From: Chloroflexota bacterium
Lineage (GTDB): Bacteria; Chloroflexota; Dehalococcoidia; DSTF01; JACRBR01
DNA length: 64,000 bases
Assembly: GCA_028872875.1 (NCBI GenBank)
Contig: JAGWOC010000002.1
Coordinates: 38,574-102,573, forward strand
Direction of reading: 5' to 3'
Every line of letters starts with the position of its first letter. Position 1 is the first letter of the stretch. Made by a program: the position numbers and the translations under genes. Below the pieces are notes generated by a model. It was not told the DNA's origin, made no database searches, and saw only the letters and a program-made list of their open reading frames with translations. This document shows, piece after piece, positions 9,486 to 18,199 of the stretch.

Positions 9486-10157
9486 ATGCCAGACATCGAA
9501 GACCTGCATCTGGGTGCTGCCGTCGTCAGCCGCGACGGGCATAGGCTCGGGACGCTCAGCCGTTTCGTGGTCAACACGGACACGCTCAAGCTCACGCACG
9601 TCGTGATCGACGTGGGCCTGCTGCGCAGTGAGCGGCCCCTCTGGGCGGGGGGCTGGGCGCTCTCGCACGACCGCATGGTGCCGCTCGGTGCCGTCACCGA
9701 CGCCAGGTCAGACGAGATCCGCATCTCGATGAGCGGCGACGAGTTCAGGGAGCATTCGGTCGACTACATCGCCGAGCACTTCGACCTGATGCCCGATGCG
9801 CACCCCGGCTGGCCCGACGCGTCGGACGTCGCCCGCCTGGCGGCGTCGATTCCGGGTGAGCCCGGCCCGTACCTGATGCACGAGACGCTCTCGATCGCGC
9901 CGGACGAGGTGGACATCAAGCGCGATTCGCCGGTCTGGCGCCTGAACCCGCACGAGAAGATCGGTGAGGTCGAGCGCGTCCTGTACGACAGCGCGAGCGC
10001 CAAGGTGAGCGCGCTCGTCATCCGCCGCGGCCTCGTCTTCTCGCACGACGTCGTACTGCCCATCGAACGCGTGGTCGAGGTCATCGCCGACGTGGTGCGC
10101 GTCGAGATCGCCGACGCCGCGCTGAAGGCGCTCGCGGAGTTCAAGGCGGACGACTGA
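9486..10157 (+). CDS. Tandem PRC-barrel domain protein
   Basis: Two repeats of V.S.DG.K(L/I)G.(V/L).. followed by VP(L/I)..V beta motifs. Confidence 0.75.
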   Translation: MPDIEDLHLGAAVVSRDGHRLGTLSRFVVNTDTLKLTHVVIDVGLLRSERPLWAGGWALSHDRMVPLGAVTDARSDEIRISMSGDEFREHSVDYIAEHFDLMPDAHPGWPDASDVARLAASIPGEPGPYLMHETLSIAPDEVDIKRDSPVWRLNPHEKIGEVERVLYDSASAKVSALVIRRGLVFSHDVVLPIERVVEVIADVVRVEIADAALKALAEFKADD

Positions 10158-10160
10158 GCC

Positions 10161-11114
10161 ATGACCCCGGCCGCGAGCAACGAGCTGCGCGCACGCGACC
10201 GCCGCCTGCCGCTCGGCGCGCGCACGTACGTCATGGCGGTCCTCAATCTCACCGACGACTCCTTCTCGGACGACGGCACGGGGCGCGACCTCGACGCGGC
10301 CGTGCGCCGCGCGGTAGCGGCCGAGCAAGAGGGCGCGGATATCATCGACATCGGCGCCGAGAGCGCGCGCGCCGACGTGCCGGTGCGCGACGCGGACGAG
10401 GAGGCGCAGTTCGCCGGCGAGGCCGTCCGCCGCATCGCGCGCGAGGTGGGGCTCGTGATCTCTGCCGACACGTACAAGGGGCCGGTGGCCGAGGCGGCGC
10501 TCCAGGCGGGCGCGCACGTCATCAACGACATCGGCGGCTTCATGTACGACACATCGACCGCCGAGGCAGCGGCGAAGCACGGCGCCGCGCTCGTCATCAA
10601 TTACACCTACGAGCGCCCGAAGGTCCGGCCATCGGAGCCGCCACGCTACGACGACCTGATCGCGGCGCACCAGGCATTCTTCCGCGACCGTATCGCGACC
10701 GCGAGGCGCGCCGGCATCGGGGATGCGTCGCTGATCATCGACCCGGGGATCGCGTTCGGGAAGTCGCACGACGAGGACCTGGAGGTGCTCCGGCGCCTGC
10801 CGGAGCTGTGCGCGCTCGGGCTGCCCCTGCTCGTGGCGGCGTCGCGCAAGCACTTCATCGGCAGCGTGCTGGGACTGGCGCCAGAGCAGCGCGACGAGGC
10901 GACGGCCGCCGTCACGGCGCTCTGCATCGCAGGCGGCGCCGACATCGTGCGCGTGCACGACGTACGGGCGAACGTACGCGCCGCGCGTATCGCCGACGCG
11001 ATCGTGCGCGGCCGCCCCGGCGACTACGCCGCGACGGCGGCGAGCTGGCCGTGGTGGTCCCGGGCGACGCCGATCGCGGGGACGACGATACCTGACCGCC
11101 GGGCCCCTCTGTGA
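10161..11114 (+). CDS. folP: Dihydropteroate synthase
   Basis: VLNLTDDSFSDDG, DIGAES, IDPGIAFGK, SRKHFIG and RVHDV motifs. Confidence 0.93.
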   Translation: MTPAASNELRARDRRLPLGARTYVMAVLNLTDDSFSDDGTGRDLDAAVRRAVAAEQEGADIIDIGAESARADVPVRDADEEAQFAGEAVRRIAREVGLVISADTYKGPVAEAALQAGAHVINDIGGFMYDTSTAEAAAKHGAALVINYTYERPKVRPSEPPRYDDLIAAHQAFFRDRIATARRAGIGDASLIIDPGIAFGKSHDEDLEVLRRLPELCALGLPLLVAASRKHFIGSVLGLAPEQRDEATAAVTALCIAGGADIVRVHDVRANVRAARIADAIVRGRPGDYAATAASWPWWSRATPIAGTTIPDRRAPL

Positions 11115-11294
11115 AGAAATGGGAGTGTGCGGGAACTCGACGTCCAGCGGCTCCTCTGCGTCCGGACCATCGTCGATCCTGGCAGCCGCCCTGGCCGAGA
11201 TTGCAGCGCCTGCATTTGCAAGGACTGGAGCGCGCGCTGGAAGTGGTCGCGAACATTCTGGAGTTGCTCGATTTGAAGGATGAGGGGCATGCGA

Positions 11295-11906
11295 ATGGTA
11301 GACCCACCTGGCCAGATCGTCATCCTGAACGGGACTCCGCGATCGGGGAAGTCCAGCATCGCCGCCGCGATCCAAAACACGTTCGACGGCGTGTGGATGA
11401 ACCTGGGGGTCGATCGGTTCAAGCCGATGACCCCCGAACGCTACCAGCCCGGGATCGGGTTGCGGCCCGGGGGTGAACGCCCCGACCTCGAGCCGCTCAT
11501 TGTCGTCCTGTACGGCGCCATGTACGAGGCCATTGCCGCGCACAGCCGGCTGGGGCTGAACGTCGTGGTGGACGTCGGGCACCACGACGCCTATTCGGTG
11601 CCGCGGGGTATCCTCTCCGACTGCTCGCGGCGACTGATTGGCCTCCCGGTCTTGTTCGTGGGAGTGCGCTGCCCTGTCGAGGCCGTCATGGAACGGCGGC
11701 GTGCGACCTGGGGCGCCAGCGACGCCTCAGCGCCGCTGCACGTGGGCCTGTGGCAGCAGGCCGTCCACATGCCGGGCATCTACGACCTGGAGGTCGACAC
11801 CTCGGTGCTCAGCCCCGAGGCATGCGCCGATGCGATCCGCCAGCGCCTCGAAAGCGATCCCCCACCATCGGCTTGTCAGCGCCTCGCGGACATGGCCACG
11901 GGGTAG
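11295..11906 (+). CDS. Chloramphenicol phosphotransferase-like P-loop kinase
   Basis: IVILNGTPRSGKSS P-loop, GLNVVVD, VGVRCP and YDLEVDTS motifs. Confidence 0.85.
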   Translation: MVDPPGQIVILNGTPRSGKSSIAAAIQNTFDGVWMNLGVDRFKPMTPERYQPGIGLRPGGERPDLEPLIVVLYGAMYEAIAAHSRLGLNVVVDVGHHDAYSVPRGILSDCSRRLIGLPVLFVGVRCPVEAVMERRRATWGASDASAPLHVGLWQQAVHMPGIYDLEVDTSVLSPEACADAIRQRLESDPPPSACQRLADMATG

Positions 11907-11946
11907 GGGGCGCGCGTCGTCCGAGGAACGCGGTGGGGGCGGAGCC

Positions 11947-12567
11947 CTACCCGGCCTTCTCCGCCGGCGGCACGGAGACGTAGTCGCCCAGCACGGCCTG
12001 GTCGCGGTACTGCTCCTTGCCTTCGAGCAGCAGGTCGCCGCCGTACATGTCGCAGCAGACGATCGCCGGGAAGCCCTCGACCTCGAGCTTCTTGACCGAC
12101 TCCGTGCCCAGGTCCTCGTAGGCGATGACGTCGAGCTGCTTGATCGTCTTGGAGAGCAGGGCGCCGGCGCCGCCGATGGCGATCAAGTACACGGCCTTGT
12201 GCTGCTGCAGCGCCTTCTTCACCTCGCTGCCGCGGCCGCCCTTGCCGATGATCGCCTTGAGCCCGCGCGCGAGCAGCGGCGGCGTGTAGGGGTCGAGCCG
12301 CATCGACGTCGTCGGGCCAGCGGAACCGGCGACCCGCCCGGGACGCGCCGGCGAAGGGCCGACGTAGTAGATGATCTGGCCCTCGAGCGGGTACGGCAGC
12401 GGCTTGCCTTCGCCGATCGCGGCGATGATGCGGCGGTGCGCGGCGTCGCGCGACGTGTACATGGTGCCGTAGAACTTCACGTGGTCACCGACGCGCAACT
12501 GCGCGACGTCCTCGTCGGTCAGCGGCGGACTCAGCCGGATCTCTCCGTCCTGCTTCACCAGCGACAT
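11947..12567 (-). CDS. Class I fumarate hydratase / tartrate dehydratase beta subunit
   Basis: RDAAH, GPTTSMRLD, IGKGGRG and YEDLGTE motifs. Confidence 0.92.
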   Translation of the reverse strand: MSLVKQDGEIRLSPPLTDEDVAQLRVGDHVKFYGTMYTSRDAAHRRIIAAIGEGKPLPYPLEGQIIYYVGPSPARPGRVAGSAGPTTSMRLDPYTPPLLARGLKAIIGKGGRGSEVKKALQQHKAVYLIAIGGAGALLSKTIKQLDVIAYEDLGTESVKKLEVEGFPAIVCCDMYGGDLLLEGKEQYRDQAVLGDYVSVPPAEKAG

Positions 12568-12677
12568 CTTGCTCACTCCTTGCTGCTTGCCCGTTCACTC
12601 TCCGCTGTCAGCGTTCCCCTCCGCGCTGTCGCATCGTTGTCACTGGGCGGCCGCATGGTCGGTGCCGCGCACAGCGC

Positions 12678-13208
12678 TCATCGCAACGCCTTCTCCATCT
12701 CGGCCATCTGCCACGGTATCGCCGCGCCCCAGTCGGCTCCGCCGTTCCAGGTCTGGCCATCGGTCTCGGCGATGACGCGGTAGCCGCGCCGCTCGTAGAA
12801 CGGAATCAGCCCCGCCTGCTTTACGGTCACGATGCGGACGGCGGAGGCGCCGGCGGCACGCGCCGCGCTCTCGGCGTGGCCGACGAGCAGCGAGCCGATG
12901 CCGGACCGCTGCAGCGTCACGTCGACGGCGAGCAGGCCGTAGTGCGCGGGATCGGCGCTGAGGTCGATGTGGACGCACGCGGCGATGCGACCGTCGAGCT
13001 CGGCGACGACCAGGCCGTCGATGAGCTTCGAGATGTCCTGGCGATCGGCGCGGCGCGTGCCCGGGAACACGTGGTGCTCCGTGTAGTCGTATGCGGCGTT
13101 GATCAACGGCACGAGCGCCCCCACGTCTGCCGGGGTGGCCGGGCGCAGCCGCGGGCGCGCCGCTGCGGCCGCTACAGGTCGGCGTGCTTCGAGCGGGCGC
13201 TGTGACAT
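12678..13208 (-). CDS. GNAT family N-acetyltransferase
   Basis: LRPATPAD, LAVDVTLQRSGIGSLL acetyl-CoA motif, FYERRGY; start uncertain. Confidence 0.85.
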   Translation of the reverse strand: MSQRPLEARRPVAAAAARPRLRPATPADVGALVPLINAAYDYTEHHVFPGTRRADRQDISKLIDGLVVAELDGRIAACVHIDLSADPAHYGLLAVDVTLQRSGIGSLLVGHAESAARAAGASAVRIVTVKQAGLIPFYERRGYRVIAETDGQTWNGGADWGAAIPWQMAEMEKALR

Positions 13209-14041
13209 TGCAGGTTCACCGCTACGGGGAGCGAGGTGATGTGCGTCGGGTAGGTCTCGATGTTCACGGCCATCGCAGTGTTCGTGCCGCCGACGGCCTG
13301 CGGGCCGACGCCGAGCGCGTTCACCTTCTCCAGCAGCTCGCGCTCGAACTGCGCCGTCTCCTCGTCGGCGCTCGCCTCGCCCACGCGCCGCGTGATCGCC
13401 TTCTTGGCGAGGAACATCGCGTACTCCGACGAGCCGCCGACGCCGACGCCGACCACGAGCGGCGGGCACGGGTTGCCGCCCGACTCCTCGATGGTGCGCA
13501 GGACGAACTCGGTGATCCCCTCCTTGCCGCGGCCGGGGAGCATGATCTGGAACTTCGTCATGTTCTCGCAGCCGCCGCCCTTCGGCACGACCGTCAGGTG
13601 GAACCCGTCGCCCGGCACGATCTCGGCGTGGATGACGGCGGGCGTGTTGTTCTTCGTGTTGACGCGCGTCGAGAACGGGTGGTCGACGATCGACGCGCGC
13701 AGGTAGCCCTCGGTGTAGCCCTTGCCGACGCCCGCGTTGATGGCGTCGCGGAGGGAGCCGCCGACGATGTGCACGTCCTGCCCGACCTCCGCCATGACGA
13801 CGGTCGTGCCGGTGTCCTGGCAGAGCGGGATCATCTCCCGCTTCGAGATGTCGACGTTCTCCAGCAGCTCGACCAGCACCTGCTTCGCGAGCGGAGAGCG
13901 CTCGCTGCGCTCGGCCCTCCGCAGGCCGGCGACGACGTCGTCCGGCAGGACGTGCGCCGCCTGCTCGCACAGCTCCGCCACCTTTTTCGTGATGTCGTCA
14001 ACGTGGATCTCGCGGACGCGCGTGTTCGTCTCTGTCGCCAT
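13172..14041 (-). CDS. Class I fumarate hydratase / tartrate dehydratase alpha subunit (Fe-S)
   Basis: PLCQDTG, PKGGGCEN, NPCPP and LPVAVNLQCHSAR motifs. Confidence 0.92.
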   Translation of the reverse strand: MATETNTRVREIHVDDITKKVAELCEQAAHVLPDDVVAGLRRAERSERSPLAKQVLVELLENVDISKREMIPLCQDTGTTVVMAEVGQDVHIVGGSLRDAINAGVGKGYTEGYLRASIVDHPFSTRVNTKNNTPAVIHAEIVPGDGFHLTVVPKGGGCENMTKFQIMLPGRGKEGITEFVLRTIEESGGNPCPPLVVGVGVGGSSEYAMFLAKKAITRRVGEASADEETAQFERELLEKVNALGVGPQAVGGTNTAMAVNIETYPTHITSLPVAVNLQCHSARSKHADL

Positions 14042-14054
14042 GGCGCCTTCGCTC

Positions 14055-14996
14055 CTACTTCAGCAGCGCGATCAGGTTCCTGGTCGCGTCCGCGGCCTTG
14101 CGGATCTTGTCCGCCTCGTCGTCGCTGACGGGTGTCTCGTGCGTCCTCTTGATGCCGCCGGCGCCCAGCTCGCACATGACCCCGCAGACCACGTCCTTGA
14201 TGCCGTACTCCCCCTCGCAGAGCACGGCGGACGGGATCAGCCTGTGCTCGTCGAGCAGGATCGACTCGACCATCGCGACGGTCGCCGCCGACGGCGCGTA
14301 GTACGCGCTCGACACCTTCATCAGCTCGCCGATCTCGGCGCCGCCGCGCATCGTGCGGGCGACGATGGCATCGATCTTGTCCTGCGGCAGCAGCGACCGC
14401 AGGGGCAGGCCGCCGATGCGCGCCTGCGACACGATCGGCACCATCGTGGTGTCGGTATGGCCGCCGAGGACGTAGGCGTGTACGTCGCGGACGGAGATGC
14501 CCGTCTCCATCGAGAGGAAGGCGCGGAAGCGCGCCGTGTCGAGGGCGCCGCCCTGGCCGATGATGCGCTCGCGCGGGAATCCGGACGCCTGGAGGGCGAC
14601 GTGGCACATGGCGTCCATGGGGTTCGCGAAGATGATGATGGCCGCGTTCGGCGAGGCCTTCGCCGCGTCCTTCACCTTGGCGCGGACGATGTCGGCGTTG
14701 CCGTTGAGCAGCTCCTCGCGGCTCATGCCCGGCTTGCGCGGGGCGCCGGCCGTGCAGACCACGACGTCTGAGCCGGCGGTCTCCTCCCAGCCGTCCGTGG
14801 CGGTGACTTTGCTGTCGAACCCGAGCCATGACGCCGACTGCGTCATGTCCAGCGCCTTGCCGTGGTGCAGCGTCCCCGCGAACTGCGGGTCGTCCTGGAT
14901 GACGACGTCCGCGATCCCCTTCTCGACGAGCCGCTGGGCGATGGCGCCGCCCGTCATGCCGCCGCCAATCACCGTGACCTTCTTGCGCGCTCCCAT
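14055..14996 (-). CDS. mdh: Malate dehydrogenase (LDH-like type)
   Basis: KKVTVIGGG, TAGAPRKPGMSREEL, ANPMDAM, LDTARF, GGHTD and GGAEI motifs. Confidence 0.93.
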   Translation of the reverse strand: MGARKKVTVIGGGMTGGAIAQRLVEKGIADVVIQDDPQFAGTLHHGKALDMTQSASWLGFDSKVTATDGWEETAGSDVVVCTAGAPRKPGMSREELLNGNADIVRAKVKDAAKASPNAAIIIFANPMDAMCHVALQASGFPRERIIGQGGALDTARFRAFLSMETGISVRDVHAYVLGGHTDTTMVPIVSQARIGGLPLRSLLPQDKIDAIVARTMRGGAEIGELMKVSSAYYAPSAATVAMVESILLDEHRLIPSAVLCEGEYGIKDVVCGVMCELGAGGIKRTHETPVSDDEADKIRKAADATRNLIALLK

Positions 14997-15031
14997 GTTC
15001 CTCTCCGTTCTGCTTGGCGGGCGGGGCGCCG

Positions 15032-16138
15032 CTAACGCGCTACCGCCTGCATCTTCCGCAGCTTCTCGATGACGGCGTCCGCGACCTGCGAGGTGCCCAC
15101 GGCCGCCGGGTCGTTGCGGTCCGCCTTCATGTCGTACGTGACCGACCTGCCCTCGCGGATCACCTCCGCGAGCGCGCGCTCCAGGCGGTCGCCGGCGTCC
15201 TGCTCGCCCATGTGGCGGAGCATCAGCATGCCGCTGAACATCATCGCCATCGGGTTGACCTTGTTCTGGCCGGCGTACTTCGGGGCGCTGCCGTGGATCG
15301 GCTCGAAGAGCGCGGTCACGTCGCCGATGTTCGCGCCGGGCGCGACGCCGAGGCCGCCGACGAGGCCGGCGCACAGGTCGGAGAGGATGTCGCCGTAGAG
15401 GTTGGGCAGCAGCAGCACGTCGAACCACTCCGGCCTCTGCACGAGCTGCATGCAGAGCGCGTCGACGAGCACCTCTTCGTACTCGATGTCCGGGTACTCC
15501 TTCGCGACCTCCCGCGAGACGGCGTAGAAGAGGCCGTCGGTGTACTTCATGATGTTCGCCTTGCTGATGGCGGACACCTTCTTGCGCCCGTTCTTGCGCG
15601 CGTACTCGAAGGCGTACTTCGCGATGCGGCGCGTCCCGAACTCGGAGATCATCTTGATGCTGATGCCGGCGTCGTCGCGGATCGTGCCCTGCCCGCTCTC
15701 GGCCACCATCGCCGAGAGCTGCGCCACGTACGGTGACCCCTTCTGGAACTCGATACCGGCGTACAGGTCCTCGGTGTTTTCGCGTACGATGACCACGTCG
15801 ACGTTGGCGTCGGCGTAGCGGGTGCGGACGCCGGGATAGACCTTGCACGGCCGCACGCAGGCGTAGAGTTGCAGCGCCTTGCGCAGGGCGACGTTGACGC
15901 TGCGAAAGCCGGTGCCGATCGGCGTCGTCACCGGCCCCTTGATGCCGAGCCTGGTGCTGGCGAGGGAGTCGATCGCCCGCTGGGGGAGCGGCGTCCCCTC
16001 CTTCTCCATCACGTCGACGCCGACGTTCTGCACGTCCCAGTCGAAGGCGACCCCGGTCGCCTCAAGGACGCGCCGTGTCGCCTCGGTGATCTCCGGACCG
16101 GTGCCGTCGCCGGGGATCAGCGTCACTCGGTATGCCAT
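15032..16138 (-). CDS. icd: Isocitrate dehydrogenase (IDH/IPMDH family, probably NAD-type)
   Basis: IPGDGTGPEI, SVNVALRK, RENTEDLY, PNLYGDILSD and EPIHGSAPKY motifs; TCA operon context. Confidence 0.88.
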   Translation of the reverse strand: MAYRVTLIPGDGTGPEITEATRRVLEATGVAFDWDVQNVGVDVMEKEGTPLPQRAIDSLASTRLGIKGPVTTPIGTGFRSVNVALRKALQLYACVRPCKVYPGVRTRYADANVDVVIVRENTEDLYAGIEFQKGSPYVAQLSAMVAESGQGTIRDDAGISIKMISEFGTRRIAKYAFEYARKNGRKKVSAISKANIMKYTDGLFYAVSREVAKEYPDIEYEEVLVDALCMQLVQRPEWFDVLLLPNLYGDILSDLCAGLVGGLGVAPGANIGDVTALFEPIHGSAPKYAGQNKVNPMAMMFSGMLMLRHMGEQDAGDRLERALAEVIREGRSVTYDMKADRNDPAAVGTSQVADAVIEKLRKMQAVAR

Positions 16139-16428
16139 GGCGGGGCTCCTGACATCGGGCGGCGCGATCCGGCGCCGGGCTGCTGTTCCGCGTGCATCAC
16201 GACCGGTCTGTCAGGCGCTGGGGCAAAGGCCCTCAGCGCGATTCCGGCAGGCGGATCACTGGGCCCTTTCCTCGTGGAAGGTCGCTCCGGTCTCGCTCGC
16301 GACTGCTCCCTGGGAGCCCGTTGGGCCCGAGCTGAGGCGTTCTGGAGCAACGTCACTATACACCCGGCCGATCGCGCCAAAACAGGGTCGTTTGGGCGCA
16401 ATTGGACGGACGCCTGGCCCCTGCCCCG

Positions 16429-16455
16429 TACGGGTCTGGCCGCCCGTGCCGATAC
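16429..16455 (+). promoter_or_regulatory. Candidate sigma28-type promoter for the GGDEF gene
   Basis: TACG-N15-GCCGATAC. Confidence 0.55.
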
Positions 16456-16478
16456 TCGTGAGGGTAGGGGGTATCGCT

Positions 16479-17300
16479 GTGAGTGCACGTGCGCCGCGCC
16501 GCATCCGCCTCGTCGAAGGCGGCGGAGAATCCCCGCTGATCACCGCCGAGGGGCGCCCGAGCGAGCGCAAGCGGGGCATCTCGTGGGTGCCGGTGACGCT
16601 GCGGCTGCTCACCATCGCCTGGGGCGGCACGATCATCGCCGCCCTGCTCGACACGTTCGGGCTCGTGCCGCACCTGCCGTTCCTGCTCGCCATCGGCATG
16701 ACCGGCTTCCTCGTCGCGGCGATCTTCGTGCTCACCCGCGACGAGAGCCGGGAGCGCGAGGACGCGGCGGAATCCGACCCCGACGGCGACGCTGCCCACG
16801 ATCTGCTCACCGAGCTGCCGACGTTCAACCACTTCGCCCGCAGGCTCAACGACGAGTTCACCCGCGCCCGCCGCATGGGACGCCCGGTGTCCGTCGTGCT
16901 GGTCGATGTCAACAACCTCACGGCAGTGAACCGGGAATACGGCGTGCGCGCTGGAGACGCCGTGCTCCGCCACGTGGCGCGCACGATCGATGCCACGAAG
17001 CGCTTCAACGACGTGGTGGCCCGGCTCGGGGACGACGAGTTCGGGGTGCTGCTGATCGACACCGGCGAGGAGGGGATCGCCGCCTTCATCGAGCGGCTCG
17101 AAGATCGCCTCGCGCGCGAATCGGCCATGGCCGAGGTCGGTGGCCGCGACGTCTCGCTGTGGGCTGGCGTCTGCTCCGGCAGCGCCTGCGGCACGCCCGA
17201 CATCATGGGTGCTGAGAGGTTGCTGGAGGCGGCGATGGCGAGCCTCAACCAGGCGAAGCAGGACCGTGAACGCCGCCGCCGGATGTGGCTGTCGGCGTAG
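16479..17300 (+). CDS. Membrane-anchored degenerate GGDEF-domain protein
   Basis: Two TM helices, then LTELPTFNHF, VDVNNL, YGVRAGD and RFNDVVARLGDDEF; GTG start inferred. Confidence 0.85.
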   Translation: MSARAPRRIRLVEGGGESPLITAEGRPSERKRGISWVPVTLRLLTIAWGGTIIAALLDTFGLVPHLPFLLAIGMTGFLVAAIFVLTRDESREREDAAESDPDGDAAHDLLTELPTFNHFARRLNDEFTRARRMGRPVSVVLVDVNNLTAVNREYGVRAGDAVLRHVARTIDATKRFNDVVARLGDDEFGVLLIDTGEEGIAAFIERLEDRLARESAMAEVGGRDVSLWAGVCSGSACGTPDIMGAERLLEAAMASLNQAKQDRERRRRMWLSA

Positions 17301-17396
17301 CCGTCCCCGCGCCGTCCTCGTCGGCATCACCTCGTCGGCATCACAAGGATCCGGCCCCGGCCCGGAGGTCCTGCTGTTCGTCCGGGAGCCGGCCGG

Positions 17397-17909
17397 TCAG
17401 GCCGCGCGGCCGATGCCAAGGCGGGCGGCAGCCGCGTTCGCGTCCATCACCTCGCCCCGCGACAGAAGCTGGATGAGCGTGCCGATCCGCAGGATCTCCG
17501 CCAGCCCGCCGCCATCGCGGCCACGGTCGGTGAGCGTCTGGTCCAGGCGCGCCTCGTAGCCCGCGCGGAGTTGCGCCCGCAGCTCGCCACATCGGGCTGC
17601 CTCGGTCCAGACCTCGATCAGCACCCGGCCGAGGGCCGCAGGCGGGAGCGAGAGTGCCCCGTCGTCCGCCTCGAACGGCGGCAGGAGCGCGTTGCTGCGG
17701 ATCAGGCGCTCGACCACGCCCGCGAGCACGGATGACTTCGATGGGAAGTGGTGGTAGAGTCCGCCCTTGGAGCAGCCGGCCGCAAGGGCGACGTCGTCCA
17801 TCGACGCCGCGCTGAACCCCTTGAGCGCGAAGACGGCCAGCGCCGCCTGGACGATCTGGTCCCGGGTGCGCTGGGTGCGGAGTGCCTGCCGGTTCGGTTG
17901 GCTCAGCAT
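17397..17909 (-). CDS. TetR/AcrR family regulator (TetR-1)
   Basis: HTH GFSAASMDDVALAAGCSKGGLYHHFPSK. Confidence 0.92.
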   Translation of the reverse strand: MLSQPNRQALRTQRTRDQIVQAALAVFALKGFSAASMDDVALAAGCSKGGLYHHFPSKSSVLAGVVERLIRSNALLPPFEADDGALSLPPAALGRVLIEVWTEAARCGELRAQLRAGYEARLDQTLTDRGRDGGGLAEILRIGTLIQLLSRGEVMDANAAAARLGIGRAA

Positions 17910-17923
17910 ACGTACTATGTGAT

Positions 17924-17950
17924 GTATCGGCCGGGAGGGGCCGATCCGCA
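17924..17950 (-). promoter_or_regulatory. Candidate sigma28-type promoter for TetR-1
   Basis: Minus strand TGCG-N15-GCCGATAC, ending 14 nt before ATG. Confidence 0.5.
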
Positions 17951-18000
17951 GGCGTAGCAGGCCATCCGGCAGGAAATTTTCCGGATCTTGTCAAACCCTC

Positions 18001-18029
18001 TTGACAGGACGCCCCCGCTGGCGCAGAAT
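18001..18029 (+). promoter_or_regulatory. Sigma70-type promoter for the mini-gene
   Basis: TTGACA-N17-CAGAAT. Confidence 0.8.
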
Positions 18030-18031
18030 CA

Positions 18032-18049
18032 ATACCGACGAGTCGGTAT
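18032..18049. promoter_or_regulatory. Operator-like perfect inverted repeat at the predicted TSS
   Basis: ATACCGAC-GA-GTCGGTAT. Confidence 0.65.
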
Positions 18050-18101
18050 AGCTCGGGCCCCGGGTGGCACGAGGGCAACGCAAGGGTCAGGAGGAGTAGC
18101 C

Positions 18102-18128
18102 ATGGTTCAGCGCGCGACTTGGGGCTAG
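18102..18128 (+). CDS. Putative 8-aa micropeptide MVQRATWG
   Basis: AGGAGGAG SD, then ATG GTT CAG CGC GCG ACT TGG GGC TAG, lying between a consensus promoter and a terminator. Confidence 0.6.
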   Translation: MVQRATWG

Positions 18129-18149
18129 GCGCCCCGGAAACAAACCAAG

Positions 18150-18180
18150 GAGGGTCTCTCTGAGGCCCTCTTTTCCATTT
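18150..18180 (+). terminator. Intrinsic terminator, probably bidirectional
   Basis: GAGGGTCTC-TCT-GAGGCCCTC followed by TTTTCCATTTT; A-rich run on the 5' side serves the convergent HD-GYP gene. Confidence 0.8.
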
Positions 18181-18199
18181 TCTCACCGGGGGGGTGCGG

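Noticed and set aside
11111-11476. 121-aa ORF upstream of the CPT-like gene
   Set aside because: Overlaps folP and CPT in another frame, with no motif or SD.
16230-16310. GAGGAAAG segment in the icd leader as RNase P RNA or a known riboswitch
   Set aside because: Lacks GAGGAAAGUCC and the other conserved blocks, and is too short; kept only as an unknown structured leader.
18102-18180. MVQRATWG as a Trp attenuator leader peptide
   Set aside because: No same-strand gene follows the terminator; the next gene is convergent.
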